Source: an uncultured Bacteroidales bacterium
Lineage (GTDB): Bacteria > Bacteroidota > Bacteroidia > Bacteroidales > P3
Length of the DNA: 64,000 nt
Assembly: GCA_900318275.1 (NCBI GenBank)
Contig: ONJY01000009.1
Span: 7,445 to 71,444 of the forward strand
Reading direction: 5' to 3'
The notes under the pieces are model-generated. The model ran no database searches and was not told the DNA's origin. It saw only the letters and a list, made by a program, of their open reading frames with translations. Position numbers and translations under genes: made by a program. Each line of letters begins with the position of its first letter. The first letter of the stretch is position 1. Shown here in pieces: positions 27,955 through 39,136 of the stretch.

Positions 27955-27988
27955 GTTTCTGACGTACTAAAGTTTCTGAAGTACTAAA
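27955..27988. repeat. 17-nt tandem duplication (GTTTCTGACGTACTAAA / GTTTCTGAAGTACTAAA)
   Basis: Read directly; 16/17 identical. Confidence 0.85.
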
Positions 27989-28008
27989 CCAAAAGCAAGA
28001 AACAAAAT

Positions 28009-28039
28009 TTTGCCAGTTTAAGAAAAAAGTGTAATTTTG
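28009..28039 (+). promoter_or_regulatory. promoter of the C10 peptidase gene: TTTG N19 TAATTTTG
   Basis: TTTGCCAGTTTAAGAAAAAAGTGTAATTTTGCAC. Shares the TTTGCCAGTTT...AAAAAAGTGT context with the tRNA promoters. Confidence 0.75.
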
Positions 28040-28071
28040 CACTTCAAAATAGTAGAACAAATAAAGCATAA

Positions 28072-29598
28072 ATGCATATTATGAAAAAGTCATTTTTCGT
28101 CCTAACAGCCTTGACGCTAATATTTTCCGTCAATGTGTCGTTTGCCCGCAACGTGTCGGTTGACGAAGCCAAAACAGCGGCGATGCGCTTCATGAACGCC
28201 GCCGGAAGCGGCATGAAGGCGGAGTTGTCCGACATCAATCTGACACACCAGATCATCAACCCCGAGCTCAATATCCCCGCATGCTATTTCTTCAATGTCT
28301 CCGACTGGGGCTGGGTCATAGTGTCTGCCAGCACAACCATGGACCCCATCATCGGTTACAACGACCGCGGCCACAACCTCGACATCGAACGCGCCCCCGA
28401 AAGCATGATGTGGTGGGTGGAGAGTTTTGCCGGTCTTATCAGCGCCAAGCAGGTTGAGGATGCAGCCAACCCTATCGAAGATGAGAAATCATGGATAGAG
28501 CTTCTTGACGGAAACATATCAGAAGACAATGGCCCCAAGGCGCAGCATATTCTCTCTTATGACGAGTGGGACCAAGGCGATGACAACGGAACAACCTACA
28601 ACATGCTATGCCCTACATACCAAGGAGTCCATACTGTTACCGGATGCGTAGCCACCGCACTCTCACAGATTATGCACTATTATCAGTTTCCCATCACCGG
28701 ACAAAATTATCGTTCCTATTTCTGGTGCAATCCTGATCTTGGAATGTCAAGCCCGGGTGTCGCTATGCGCATGAACTTTGACACCGTGCGTTTCAACTAT
28801 TCTGCCATGCCCAATAAAATAGTTGGTTCCACGACAACCGCAGACCGTCTCGAAGTATCACGTCTATGCTATGCTGTCGGCGTGGCCATGAAGATGGATT
28901 ATGGTACATCGGCCTCCGGTGGTAGCGGTGCGCAGTCGGCCCTTGTTCCATCTACCATGCACTCTTTCTTCAAATACAACACTTGCTCTCAAATTGTACG
29001 TGCAAACGTTGGTGACGCTTCGTTCATGTCTCAGATTCGCAACGACTTAAAGCTCAATCGCCTCATCTATATGTCTGGCGCATCGCAGAACCATGTCGGC
29101 AATGACGACCGCCACGCTTGGGTATGCGCTGGTTACAAAGACAGTACCGGCACCACAACGTTCAAGCAGTACTATATGAACTGGGGCTGGGAGGGCAGCG
29201 GCAACGGCTGGTTCAACCTCCACGACAACACCGCTAACGGTATGCGTATCCCCTACCTGGGCTACACGTTCACCAACGAGCAGACTGCCATGATAGGCCT
29301 CATACCGCCGCATCCGGACTCGTCAAGTGTCGACTTCTGGGACCACCTGTCGATTGCCGACGTCGACAACACCGAGCTCCGCGCCGCCTTCCCGAACCCC
29401 GCCACGCACAGCGTCACCATCCCCTACTCCATCAAGAACGCTGATGTCCTGGCCATATACAACATCAAGGGCGAGCTTGTAGAGCAGGTGGCTCTGCAGC
29501 CGGGTGACAGACAGGTTGAAATCAATACCGACCGCATGCCTGCCGGCATCTATATCTATCGCATCGGAGGCGCCACCTCAAAGTTCGTCGTCCGCTAA
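28072..29598 (+). CDS. C10-family (streptopain-like) cysteine peptidase with T9SS C-terminal sorting domain
   Basis: Signal peptide; catalytic Cys context TGCVATALSQIMHYY; His context HAWVCAGY. CTD: FPNPATHSVTI...MPAGIYIYRIGGATSKFVV. Alternative ATG at 28081. Confidence 0.85.
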   Translation: MHIMKKSFFVLTALTLIFSVNVSFARNVSVDEAKTAAMRFMNAAGSGMKAELSDINLTHQIINPELNIPACYFFNVSDWGWVIVSASTTMDPIIGYNDRGHNLDIERAPESMMWWVESFAGLISAKQVEDAANPIEDEKSWIELLDGNISEDNGPKAQHILSYDEWDQGDDNGTTYNMLCPTYQGVHTVTGCVATALSQIMHYYQFPITGQNYRSYFWCNPDLGMSSPGVAMRMNFDTVRFNYSAMPNKIVGSTTTADRLEVSRLCYAVGVAMKMDYGTSASGGSGAQSALVPSTMHSFFKYNTCSQIVRANVGDASFMSQIRNDLKLNRLIYMSGASQNHVGNDDRHAWVCAGYKDSTGTTTFKQYYMNWGWEGSGNGWFNLHDNTANGMRIPYLGYTFTNEQTAMIGLIPPHPDSSSVDFWDHLSIADVDNTELRAAFPNPATHSVTIPYSIKNADVLAIYNIKGELVEQVALQPGDRQVEINTDRMPAGIYIYRIGGATSKFVVR

Positions 29599-29621
29599 GC
29601 GACCTGAGGCAACAATAGAAT

Positions 29622-29647
29622 AAGAGGCTCCCAAACGGGAGCCTCTT
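29622..29647. terminator. bidirectional hairpin between convergent genes
   Basis: AAGAGGCTCCC / GGGAGCCTCTT, an 11-bp perfect stem with a 4-nt loop. Confidence 0.75.
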
Positions 29648-29665
29648 GCTTTATCCTATACAGAT

Positions 29666-30421
29666 TCAACCCTTTATCTGTATACTGAAGCCCTCGTCCA
29701 ATAGCGGCTTCACCAGCGCCCGCATCTCGTCGGGGGTAAATTTCTGCAGCCCCATCATGGGCGTCGGACGGTCGATGGTATACACCATCCACTCGCGGGG
29801 ATGCAACATCCTGACAATCTTCAGCATGCCGTCAATAACCTCCGGCGAGGCCGAGTCGAATTTGTCGTAGCGCAGCATGCAGGTCTGGAGCACGAATTCG
29901 CCGTTGAAAGCCTTGAGCGCTTCCACCACACGATTAACGTCATAGCCAGGCGCCGGCTGGTTGATGAGTTCCACCAGCGCGTTGGTTGGCGCGTCAATCT
30001 TCATTATCGGGTTGTCAACTTTGCGCAAGGCATTGAACACCCGTGGTATATGTACACGTGTAGCGTTGCTCAACACCGATACCTTGGCCTGCGGATAATA
30101 CTCGTCCCTCAGATGCAGGGTGTCGTCTATAATCTGCGGAAAGTCAGGATTAAGCGTCGGCTCGCCGTCGCCGCTGAAGGTGATGCTGTCAACGCGCGTG
30201 CCCTCGGCAGCAAGCTTTTTGAGCATCCGTTCCAAGTCGCCTCGCACCTTGGCCGCCGTGGGCAGCACCGTGTCGTCACGGCCGTCGCGGTTCCAGCCGC
30301 ATTCGCAGTAGATGCAGTCGAAATTGCAAATCTTGCCCTTTTCGGGCAACAGATTGATGCCCAATGAGCTGCCCAACCGGCGGCTGAAAATGGGCCCAAA
30401 AACAGTCTCTTCTCTCAGCAT
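29666..30421 (-). CDS. radical SAM protein (function unassigned)
   Basis: CxxxCxxC cluster motif CNFDCIYCEC near the N-terminus. The ATG at 30421 (MLREETVFGP) is preferred over the GTG at 30448. Confidence 0.8.
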   Translation of the reverse strand: MLREETVFGPIFSRRLGSSLGINLLPEKGKICNFDCIYCECGWNRDGRDDTVLPTAAKVRGDLERMLKKLAAEGTRVDSITFSGDGEPTLNPDFPQIIDDTLHLRDEYYPQAKVSVLSNATRVHIPRVFNALRKVDNPIMKIDAPTNALVELINQPAPGYDVNRVVEALKAFNGEFVLQTCMLRYDKFDSASPEVIDGMLKIVRMLHPREWMVYTIDRPTPMMGLQKFTPDEMRALVKPLLDEGFSIQIKG

Positions 30422-30503
30422 AACAGAGTTTTTAATTATAACGCCCACCGGCAGCGGAATATTGTGTCGGCATAGACACTATTTTTTTTCGACACATACC
30501 AAA

Positions 30504-30654
30504 GCGCCCATTCCGAGACGGACTTCCTACGGAGCCGGTACGGAGTCCCTTCGGCATTTCTTCAGTAGTTCTTCAGTGGTTCACTGAAGAACGATGGTCG
30601 AACGATGGTCGAAATGCCGAAGGGACTCCGAGGAGGGACCGAAGGGAATGGGCG
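30504..30654. repeat. CCGAAGGG-arm modular palindromic element, copy C (nested inverted repeats)
   Basis: Outer IR: CGCCCATTCC (30505-30514) / GGAATGGGCG (30645-30654). Inner 19-nt perfect IR: GGAGTCCCTTCGGCATTTC (30542-30560) / GAAATGCCGAAGGGACTCC (30611-30629). Central hairpin CTTCAGTG-GT-TCACTGAAG and two tandem GAACGATGGTC 11-mers. Confidence 0.9.
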
Positions 30655-30697
30655 TCTCTCATAAGGGTGCCAGCTTATGACGCGCGCGAAAATAAAT

Positions 30698-30728
30698 TTT
30701 GCCATTATATAAAAAAGTTGTATCTTTG
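30698..30728 (+). promoter_or_regulatory. promoter of thrS-infC-rpmI-rplT: TTTG N19 TATCTTTG
   Basis: TTTG at 30698-30701 and TATCTTTG at 30721-30728, 43 nt upstream of the thrS ATG. Confidence 0.75.
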
Positions 30729-30770
30729 CAGTTTGAAACTTTATATAGAACCCTATATAGGAACTAAAAT

Positions 30771-32714
30771 ATGAACGTGAACATCAAACAATTAGGTTTG
30801 GTTGAAGTGGCTTCGCCGTGCTCTATCATCGACTTGATATTGCAGAAAAAGCCCGAGATGCTGAACGAGTTTTGCGCCGCCAAGATTGACGGCAAGGTGG
30901 TGGATTTGAGAGACGTGGTCGAGAACGACTGTGAGATTGAGCTTTTGGACAAGACCGCCCCCGAGTCGCTGCCGATACTTCGCCACACCACCGCACATAT
31001 CATGGCCGAGGCCGTGAAGCACCTCTTCCCCGAGGCCAAGCTGACCATTGGCCCCTCGACCGACAAGGGCTTCTTCTACGATTTCGACTTCCGTCCGTTC
31101 AACCGCGAGGACCTCGACGCCATCGAGAAGGAGATGAAGTCCATCATCAAGAAAGCCACCCGCCTGGAGCGCAAGATTGTGTCACGCGACGAGGCCCGCA
31201 AGATTTTCGAGGAGAAGAACGAGCCCTACAAGCTTGAGTTGCTCGACGCCATCGCCGCCGACGAGCGCATCACCATCTACAGCCAGGACGACTTTGTGGA
31301 CCTCTGCTCGGGTCCGCATCTGCTGAACACCCGCCTCATCAAGGGTTTCAAGCTGATATCCAACTCGAACACCTATTGGCGCGGCGACCGCAACGGCAAG
31401 TCGCTGACGCGCATCTTCGGCGTGGCCTTCTTCAGCAAGGAGGACCTAGAGGCGCACATGGAATACCTGGAGAACATCAAGAACCGCGACCACAACAAGC
31501 TGGGCCGCGAGCTGGAGCTCTTCACCACCGTCGATGTCATCGGCCAGGGTTTGCCGCTGTTGCTTCCCAAAGGCGCCAAGATTGTGCAGACCATGCAGCG
31601 CTGGATTGAGGACCTCGAGGACAACGAGTGGGGCTATATCCGCACCAAGACGCCGTTCATGGCCAAGAAGGACCTCTACGAGATTTCCGGCCATTGGCAG
31701 CACTACCGCGACGGCATGTTCGTCATCGGCGACCCCGAGGACCCCGAGGTGCTGGCCCTGCGCCCCATGACCTGCCCGTTCCAGTATTTCGTCTACAAGG
31801 CCTCCCCCAAGTCGTATCGCGACCTGCCTAAGCGCTACAGCGAGACTTCTGTGCTCTTCCGCAACGAGGACAGCGGCGAGATGCACGGCTTGACGCGTGT
31901 GCGTCAGTTCACCATCTCGGAGGGCCACCTCATTGTGCGTCCCGACCAGATGGTGGAAGAGTTCAAGAAGTGCCTCGCCTTGGCCAAGTACTGCCTGACC
32001 ACCCTCGGCTTGCAGGACGACGTGACCTACCACCTCTCCAAGTGGGACCCCGCCAACACCAAGAAGTATATCGGCACCGCCGAGGATTGGGAGGCCAGCC
32101 AGCAGCACATCCGCGACATTCTCAACGAACTGAACATTCCCTTCGTCGAGGACGACGACGAGGCCGCATTCTACGGTCCCAAGGTCGACATCAATGCATC
32201 GAATGTCTATGGCAAGGAAGACACCATGATTACCATCCAATGGGACGCCCTGCTGGCTCCGCGCTACGACATGTTCTACATCGACCAAAACGGCAACAAA
32301 GTGCGCCCCAACGTCATCCACCGCACCAGCATCGGCTGCTACGAGCGTACGCTGGCATGGCTGATAGAGAAGTATGAGGGTGCATTGCCCACCTGGCTCA
32401 TGCCCGAGCAGGTGCGCGTGCTGCCCATCTCCGAGAAGTTCATGGATTACGCCAACGCTGTCAACGCCGAGCTGAAGAAGGCCGGTGTGCGCACCTCCGT
32501 CGACGAGCGCGCCGAGAAGATAGGCTACAAGCTGCGCGACCTGCGCCTGCAGCGTATTCCATACGCCCTTATCGTGGGCCAGAAGGAGCAAGACGAGAAC
32601 GTCGTCTCCGTGTGGAACCGCAAGGCCGGCGACAAGGGTGCCGCCAAGCTTGCCGACTTCATCACGGAGATACGCCGCGACATCGATACCAAGGCGCTAA
32701 GTCCTGAGGCATAA
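30771..32714 (+). CDS. thrS: threonine--tRNA ligase
   Basis: TGS/editing/class II architecture. Motifs RHTTAHIMAEA and FRNEDSGEMHGLTRVRQF. Followed by infC-rpmI-rplT. Confidence 0.95.
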   Translation: MNVNIKQLGLVEVASPCSIIDLILQKKPEMLNEFCAAKIDGKVVDLRDVVENDCEIELLDKTAPESLPILRHTTAHIMAEAVKHLFPEAKLTIGPSTDKGFFYDFDFRPFNREDLDAIEKEMKSIIKKATRLERKIVSRDEARKIFEEKNEPYKLELLDAIAADERITIYSQDDFVDLCSGPHLLNTRLIKGFKLISNSNTYWRGDRNGKSLTRIFGVAFFSKEDLEAHMEYLENIKNRDHNKLGRELELFTTVDVIGQGLPLLLPKGAKIVQTMQRWIEDLEDNEWGYIRTKTPFMAKKDLYEISGHWQHYRDGMFVIGDPEDPEVLALRPMTCPFQYFVYKASPKSYRDLPKRYSETSVLFRNEDSGEMHGLTRVRQFTISEGHLIVRPDQMVEEFKKCLALAKYCLTTLGLQDDVTYHLSKWDPANTKKYIGTAEDWEASQQHIRDILNELNIPFVEDDDEAAFYGPKVDINASNVYGKEDTMITIQWDALLAPRYDMFYIDQNGNKVRPNVIHRTSIGCYERTLAWLIEKYEGALPTWLMPEQVRVLPISEKFMDYANAVNAELKKAGVRTSVDERAEKIGYKLRDLRLQRIPYALIVGQKEQDENVVSVWNRKAGDKGAAKLADFITEIRRDIDTKALSPEA

Positions 32715-32867
32715 TAAAATATTTTTGTCAGTATAATAAAAAGTTGTATTTTTGCCGTCCGGATTAAACGAGGCGTTATAGCAATAAGAACAAGAGAAAC
32801 AAGTAGTTAATACCTAAAATAGGAGAACCAAGTTATAGCAACACCATTCAACCCCAACGGGCCGCGC

Positions 32868-33404
32868 ATGCCGCAGAGAGGCCGCGGACCTGTCAAGAAG
32901 GAGCCTGAACACCAGATCAACGAGCGTATCGATGCGCCGATGGTGCGCGTGGTCGGCGAGGGCATGGAGCCCACCATCATGAACACCAAAGAGGCACTGC
33001 GCCGCGCCTACGACGACGGCTTGGACCTGGTGATGATTTCGCCGACGGCAAACCCGCCGGTGTGCAAAATCATCGAGTACCAGAAGTTCCTCTACGAGCA
33101 GAAGAAGCGCGAGAAAGAGCGCAAGGCCAACTCCACGAAGATTGTCATCAAGGAGATACGCCTGAGCCCGCAGACCGACGACCACGACTTCGAGTTCAAG
33201 CTCAACCACGCCATCCGCTTCCTCAAGGAGGGCAACAAGGTGAAGGTGGATGTGTTCTTCCGCGGACGCTCGATTGTGTACAAAGAGCAGGGCGAACAGC
33301 AGCTGCTGAAATTTGCCGAAGCGCTGCTGGAGTACGGCAAGCCCGAGCAGATGCCGCGCCTCGAGGGCAAGAGGATGCTGATGATAATAGCGCCGAAGAA
33401 ATAA
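32868..33404 (+). CDS. infC: translation initiation factor IF-3
   Basis: INERIDAPMVRVVGE...DLVMISPTANPPVCKIIEYQKFLYEQKK is canonical IF-3. Confidence 0.92.
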   Translation: MPQRGRGPVKKEPEHQINERIDAPMVRVVGEGMEPTIMNTKEALRRAYDDGLDLVMISPTANPPVCKIIEYQKFLYEQKKREKERKANSTKIVIKEIRLSPQTDDHDFEFKLNHAIRFLKEGNKVKVDVFFRGRSIVYKEQGEQQLLKFAEALLEYGKPEQMPRLEGKRMLMIIAPKK

Positions 33405-33458
33405 AAAAGGATTATCCAAACCGTATCAATATAGTCTAACTTAAAAAACAGTAAAGTA

Positions 33459-33653
33459 ATGCCAAGAATGAAAACCAAGGCCGCTGCCAAGAAGCGTTTC
33501 ACCTTCACCGGCACCGGCAAGATCAAGAGAAAGCATGCTTACCACAGTCACATCCTGACCAAGAAGGAGACGACCCAGAAGCGCAACCTCGACCACACCG
33601 CCCTTGTGAGCCGTGACGACGAGGCCCGCGTCAAGAGAATGCTTCTCGCGTAA
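33459..33653 (+). CDS. rpmI: 50S ribosomal protein L35
   Basis: [33 protein letters not shown]. Confidence 0.95.
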   Translation: MPRMKTKAAAKKRFTFTGTGKIKRKHAYHSHILTKKETTQKRNLDHTALVSRDDEARVKRMLLA

Positions 33654-33752
33654 ACAAACGGAGTTATTAACCATTGTTCAGTGCCGACAAGAGCAGCAGG
33701 TTAAAAAAAGCAAAGCACCAGGCTGCCGCCTGAACGAAAAACAAATTGAATT

Positions 33753-34100
33753 ATGCCAAGATCAGTCAATGCTGTGGCCTCCAGAGCCCGCAGAAAGAAA
33801 ATCCTCAACCGCACCAAAGGTTATTGGGGCAGAGGTAAAAACGTATGGACCGTTGCCAAGAACAAATGGGAAAAAGGTCAGACCTACGCATACCGTGACC
33901 GTAAGAACAAGAAGCGCGAGTTCCGCTCGCTGTGGATCAACCGTATCAATGCCGGTTGCCGCATCAACGGTATCTCGTACTCCGTCTTTATGGGCGAACT
34001 TCACAAGAACAACATCGAGCTCAACCGCAAGGTGCTTGCCGACCTCGCCATGAACAATCCCGAGGCCTTCACCGCCGTTGTCAAGATGGTCAAGAAATAA
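33753..34100 (+). CDS. rplT: 50S ribosomal protein L20
   Basis: [27 protein letters not shown]... Confidence 0.95.
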   Translation: MPRSVNAVASRARRKKILNRTKGYWGRGKNVWTVAKNKWEKGQTYAYRDRKNKKREFRSLWINRINAGCRINGISYSVFMGELHKNNIELNRKVLADLAMNNPEAFTAVVKMVKK

Positions 34101-34127
34101 GTCTAACCGCTAAAGAATCTAATAGTC

Positions 34128-34481
34128 ATGGGAAAAAATCAGATAATGCAGTTCGTTGAGACCCTTGTCGAGCGCAAGGAGTTCCCCGAGTTCAAAGCTG
34201 GCGACACCATCACCGTCCATTACAAGATTAAAGAAGGTAACAAAGAGAGAATCCAAAACTTCCAGGGCGTTGTCCTGCAGCGCAGCGGAAGCGGAGCTAC
34301 CGAGACCTTTACTGTCCGCAAGATTGCCAACGGCGTGGGTGTGGAGCGTATCTTCCCCATCGCCAGCCCGTTCATCGAGCAGATTGATGTCAACAAGCAC
34401 GGTGCTGTGCGCCGCGCCCGCATCTTCTACCTGCGCGACCTCACCGGTAAGAAAGCCCGTATCAAAGAGAAGAGACACTAG
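34128..34481 (+). CDS. rplS: 50S ribosomal protein L19
   Basis: [28 protein letters not shown]...[20 protein letters not shown]. The start could be the internal ATG at 34146. Confidence 0.92.
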   Translation: MGKNQIMQFVETLVERKEFPEFKAGDTITVHYKIKEGNKERIQNFQGVVLQRSGSGATETFTVRKIANGVGVERIFPIASPFIEQIDVNKHGAVRRARIFYLRDLTGKKARIKEKRH

Positions 34482-34516
34482 TCCTATCGCTTTGGCGATA
34501 CGGCTTGGATACATGT

Positions 34517-34554
34517 ACGACACCTGCACGCAAGTGCGGGTGTCGTGCTTTTTT
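34517..34554 (+). terminator. rho-independent terminator after rplS
   Basis: ACGACACCTGCAC / GTGCGGGTGTCGT (13-nt stem arms with one mismatch) followed by GCTTTTTTG. Confidence 0.85.
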
Positions 34555-34563
34555 GAAGATTTA

Positions 34564-34595
34564 TTTGGCCGTTTCGGAAAAAAGTCGTATCTTTG
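34564..34595 (+). promoter_or_regulatory. promoter (TTTG N20 TATCTTTG) ending 4 nt before the ATG at 34600; implies a leaderless or near-leaderless mRNA
   Basis: TTTG at 34564-34567 and TATCTTTG at 34588-34595, then CACC ATG. Confidence 0.65.
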
Positions 34596-34599
34596 CACC

Positions 34600-35064
34600 A
34601 TGAAAAAAATACTTTTTGTTTGCCACGGGAATATATGCCGAAGCCCGATGGCAGAGTTTATTATGAAGAAACTGGCGCGCTCGGCTGAGCGTGAGGCAGA
34701 CTTTGAAATAGCCTCGGCGGCCACAAGCACCGAGGAACTTGGCAACCCGGTCTATCCTATGGCGCGTCAGGAACTCGCCAAACACGGTATTGGCTGCCCG
34801 GGCCACGCGGCGCGACAGCTTACAACCGACGACTACAGCAGCTATGACATGATAATCGGCATGGACGGCGAAAACATGAAGAACATGCTTGCCATCCTCG
34901 GCAGCGACCCCGAAGGCAAGCTTTCGTTGCTGCTCGACTACACCGACCATCCGCGCGACATCGCCGACCCGTGGTACACACGCAACTTCACAGCCGCTTG
35001 GAAAGACATCTATGCCGGCTGCACAGCCCTCTTCGACAAGCTCAATGACGGAGCAACAGATTGA
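34600..35064 (+). CDS. low-molecular-weight protein-tyrosine phosphatase
   Basis: P-loop CHGNICRSP (CX5R-S). C-terminal DP motif DIADPWY. The ATG at 34600 lies inside ORF 34156..35064. Confidence 0.88.
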   Translation: MKKILFVCHGNICRSPMAEFIMKKLARSAEREADFEIASAATSTEELGNPVYPMARQELAKHGIGCPGHAARQLTTDDYSSYDMIIGMDGENMKNMLAILGSDPEGKLSLLLDYTDHPRDIADPWYTRNFTAAWKDIYAGCTALFDKLNDGATD

Positions 35065-35839
35065 CTATGAGCAGGCCGAAGCGCTGGGCATCAGCCACGA
35101 GGCCTACGACGAAGTGCTCGACATAGTGGGGCGTATCCCCACAATAGAGGAGTTGTCGACACTGCTTGCCATGTGGGAGAGCAACGGGCGGCAGCAGAGC
35201 CTCTACGGATGGCTGCGAGGCCAACGCCACAGCGTGGAACGCAACGAGTACTTCTACAGCGGCAGCGCTGACCACAAAGCGATAAAAGAGCCCAAGGTCA
35301 AGGAGTGCGTAGAGATAGCTCACCGCCTTTGCAGCGGATTATCACTTGTCCCGTCCTCCCTTTCACTCAACACCGGCACCCTCCTATACATGGTAGGCAA
35401 CGTAAGCACCGAGTTCGCCGACAGCGAATACTCTCGCCGTTGCCTGCATCTTGTTGGCGAACCCATGGCCACCGGCGGCCACGATGAAGACTGCCAGTAT
35501 ATAGAAATGATACTCGCCGCCATGCATGACAGCGGCATCACTCATGCCGACGCTCCCATCGGCAGCGGCGGCCTTTTCGGCTCACTGTTAGACCTCACCG
35601 CACCTCTCGGCTTCGACATCCTCACCCCACGCGAGGTACGCCTCGACGCTTTCCTCTTCGGCGAGGAACCCGGCCGCTACCTTACAGCCGTCAACGAAGC
35701 CTCCGACGACCAGTTCCTGCTAAAACTAAGCGAAGCACGACTCAACTGCTGCTTCCTCGGACGCACCACCAAAAACAGAGTGATGGTGGACGGCTTCGAC
35801 TTCGGCCCTGTGGCGGAATACACAACCATCAGCAAATAA
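35045..35839 (+). CDS. AIR-synthase-related / PurL-N-terminal-like protein (degenerate; function unclear)
   Basis: LGISHEAYDEVLDIVGRIPTIEELSTLLAMWESNG resembles the PurL linker motif LGRxPNxxELxxxxxxWSEHC, but the HC residues are missing. The ATG at 35045 overlaps the upstream gene by 20 nt. Confidence 0.5.
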   Translation: MTEQQIDYEQAEALGISHEAYDEVLDIVGRIPTIEELSTLLAMWESNGRQQSLYGWLRGQRHSVERNEYFYSGSADHKAIKEPKVKECVEIAHRLCSGLSLVPSSLSLNTGTLLYMVGNVSTEFADSEYSRRCLHLVGEPMATGGHDEDCQYIEMILAAMHDSGITHADAPIGSGGLFGSLLDLTAPLGFDILTPREVRLDAFLFGEEPGRYLTAVNEASDDQFLLKLSEARLNCCFLGRTTKNRVMVDGFDFGPVAEYTTISK

Positions 35840-35916
35840 ATATTTTGCCATATAAATATTATTTATTATATTTGCATTTTAGAAGAAACAAACGATAACA
35901 ATATAAGCAACTGATA

Positions 35917-38070
<2,154 letters not shown>

Positions 38071-38077
38071 CAACGTC

Positions 38078-39136
38078 ATGAAAAGACTGATACTCATCAC
38101 AATGCTCCTCGCCACCGCCATGGTGGCGAGGGCTTCTGATTTCAGCGAGGCCGCTCCAACGGGCCAAACGCTCTATTATACCATCACTTCGGGCACCACT
38201 GTCAAATTGGTCTCAGGCACGCCCAAACCCACCGGACGCCTCACCATCCCGGCCACGGCGGGTGGCTACAACGTCACCGAGATAAGCTCGCAGGCCTTCA
38301 GCAACTGCACCGGTCTCACCTCGGTGAGCGTTCCAGGCAGCGTGACGACCATAGGCATGCGCGCCTTCGCCGGCTGCAGCGCCCTGACGTCAGTCTTCAT
38401 AGCCGAAGGTGTGCGGAGCATAGCCATGATGGCCTTCTCAAGCTGTACCAGCCTTGACACCATCAGCCTTCCCACCACGATTACCAACATCGCGGCCGGA
38501 TGCTTCGGCATGACGGCCTACATCAACAACAACGACAACTGGAGTGACTCTGTGCTATATGTCGGCCGCTACCTCGTCTCCGCCCGCAGCGCCCGCACAG
38601 GCACCCTCGTCGTGGCCGACAGCACGCTTGGCATAGCCAACGACGCCCTCGACTACTGCCACATCAGCAAGTGCATCCTGCCTGAAGGACTGCGCTTCAT
38701 CGGCGACGTGGCCTTCAAGGACTGCTCGCTGCTTGACACAGTGCGTATGCTCGGCACCACGCCACCCACACTCAACAGCGGTTCGTTCCAGGGCTGCACC
38801 GCACTCGCGGCTGTGGTCGTGCCATGCAGCAGCGCCGCGGCCTACAATGCCGCACAATACTGGAGCCAACTCAACATCGTAGAAGACACCTGCCCCACGC
38901 CGCATGTCTCCATTGCCACGGCGCAGGAGAACAGCATCAGAGCCGCTATCAGCGGTAACACACTCACTGTCAGCGGTGCCGATGGGCAGCCACTCTTCGT
39001 CAGCGACATCACTGGCCGCCGCATATTCAGCGCCGCCTCTGCAAGCGAAAACACAACCGTAGCCTTGCCCGCGACAGGCATCTACATCGTCAGCGTCGGA
39101 AGCTCCGCACCGCTGAAAGTCTGTTACTTGAAATAA
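38078..39136 (+). CDS. BspA-type leucine-rich-repeat surface protein with T9SS C-terminal sorting domain
   Basis: Repeated xxIGxxAFxxCxxLTSVxIP units. C-terminal beta-sandwich-like tail ...ATGIYIVSVGSSAPLKVCYLK. Confidence 0.8.
   Translation: MKRLILITMLLATAMVARASDFSEAAPTGQTLYYTITSGTTVKLVSGTPKPTGRLTIPATAGGYNVTEISSQAFSNCTGLTSVSVPGSVTTIGMRAFAGCSALTSVFIAEGVRSIAMMAFSSCTSLDTISLPTTITNIAAGCFGMTAYINNNDNWSDSVLYVGRYLVSARSARTGTLVVADSTLGIANDALDYCHISKCILPEGLRFIGDVAFKDCSLLDTVRMLGTTPPTLNSGSFQGCTALAAVVVPCSSAAAYNAAQYWSQLNIVEDTCPTPHVSIATAQENSIRAAISGNTLTVSGADGQPLFVSDITGRRIFSAASASENTTVALPATGIYIVSVGSSAPLKVCYLK

Noticed and set aside
32823-32870. Non-canonical upstream start (ATA at 32835 behind an AGGAGA) for infC, by analogy with AUU-initiated infC in other bacteria
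   Set aside because: The ATG at 32868 already gives an N-terminus slightly longer than typical Bacteroides IF-3 before the conserved (Y/H)xINE motif. Bacteroidota generally do not use Shine-Dalgarno pairing, and nothing in the sequence requires the longer form.
35840-35916. Cobalamin riboswitch upstream of methylmalonyl-CoA mutase
   Set aside because: Only 77 nt of AT-rich spacer is present, mostly occupied by promoter-like sequence. That is too short for a B12 aptamer, and no B12-box-like sequence is visible.
39124-39136. 13-nt convergent 3' overlap of the LRR gene and the LysE-family gene (and the 4-nt ung/ComEC overlap at 5139-5142), considered as a regulatory antisense arrangement
   Set aside because: Short convergent stop-region overlaps are common in compact genomes, and there is no additional structure or conserved element at either site.
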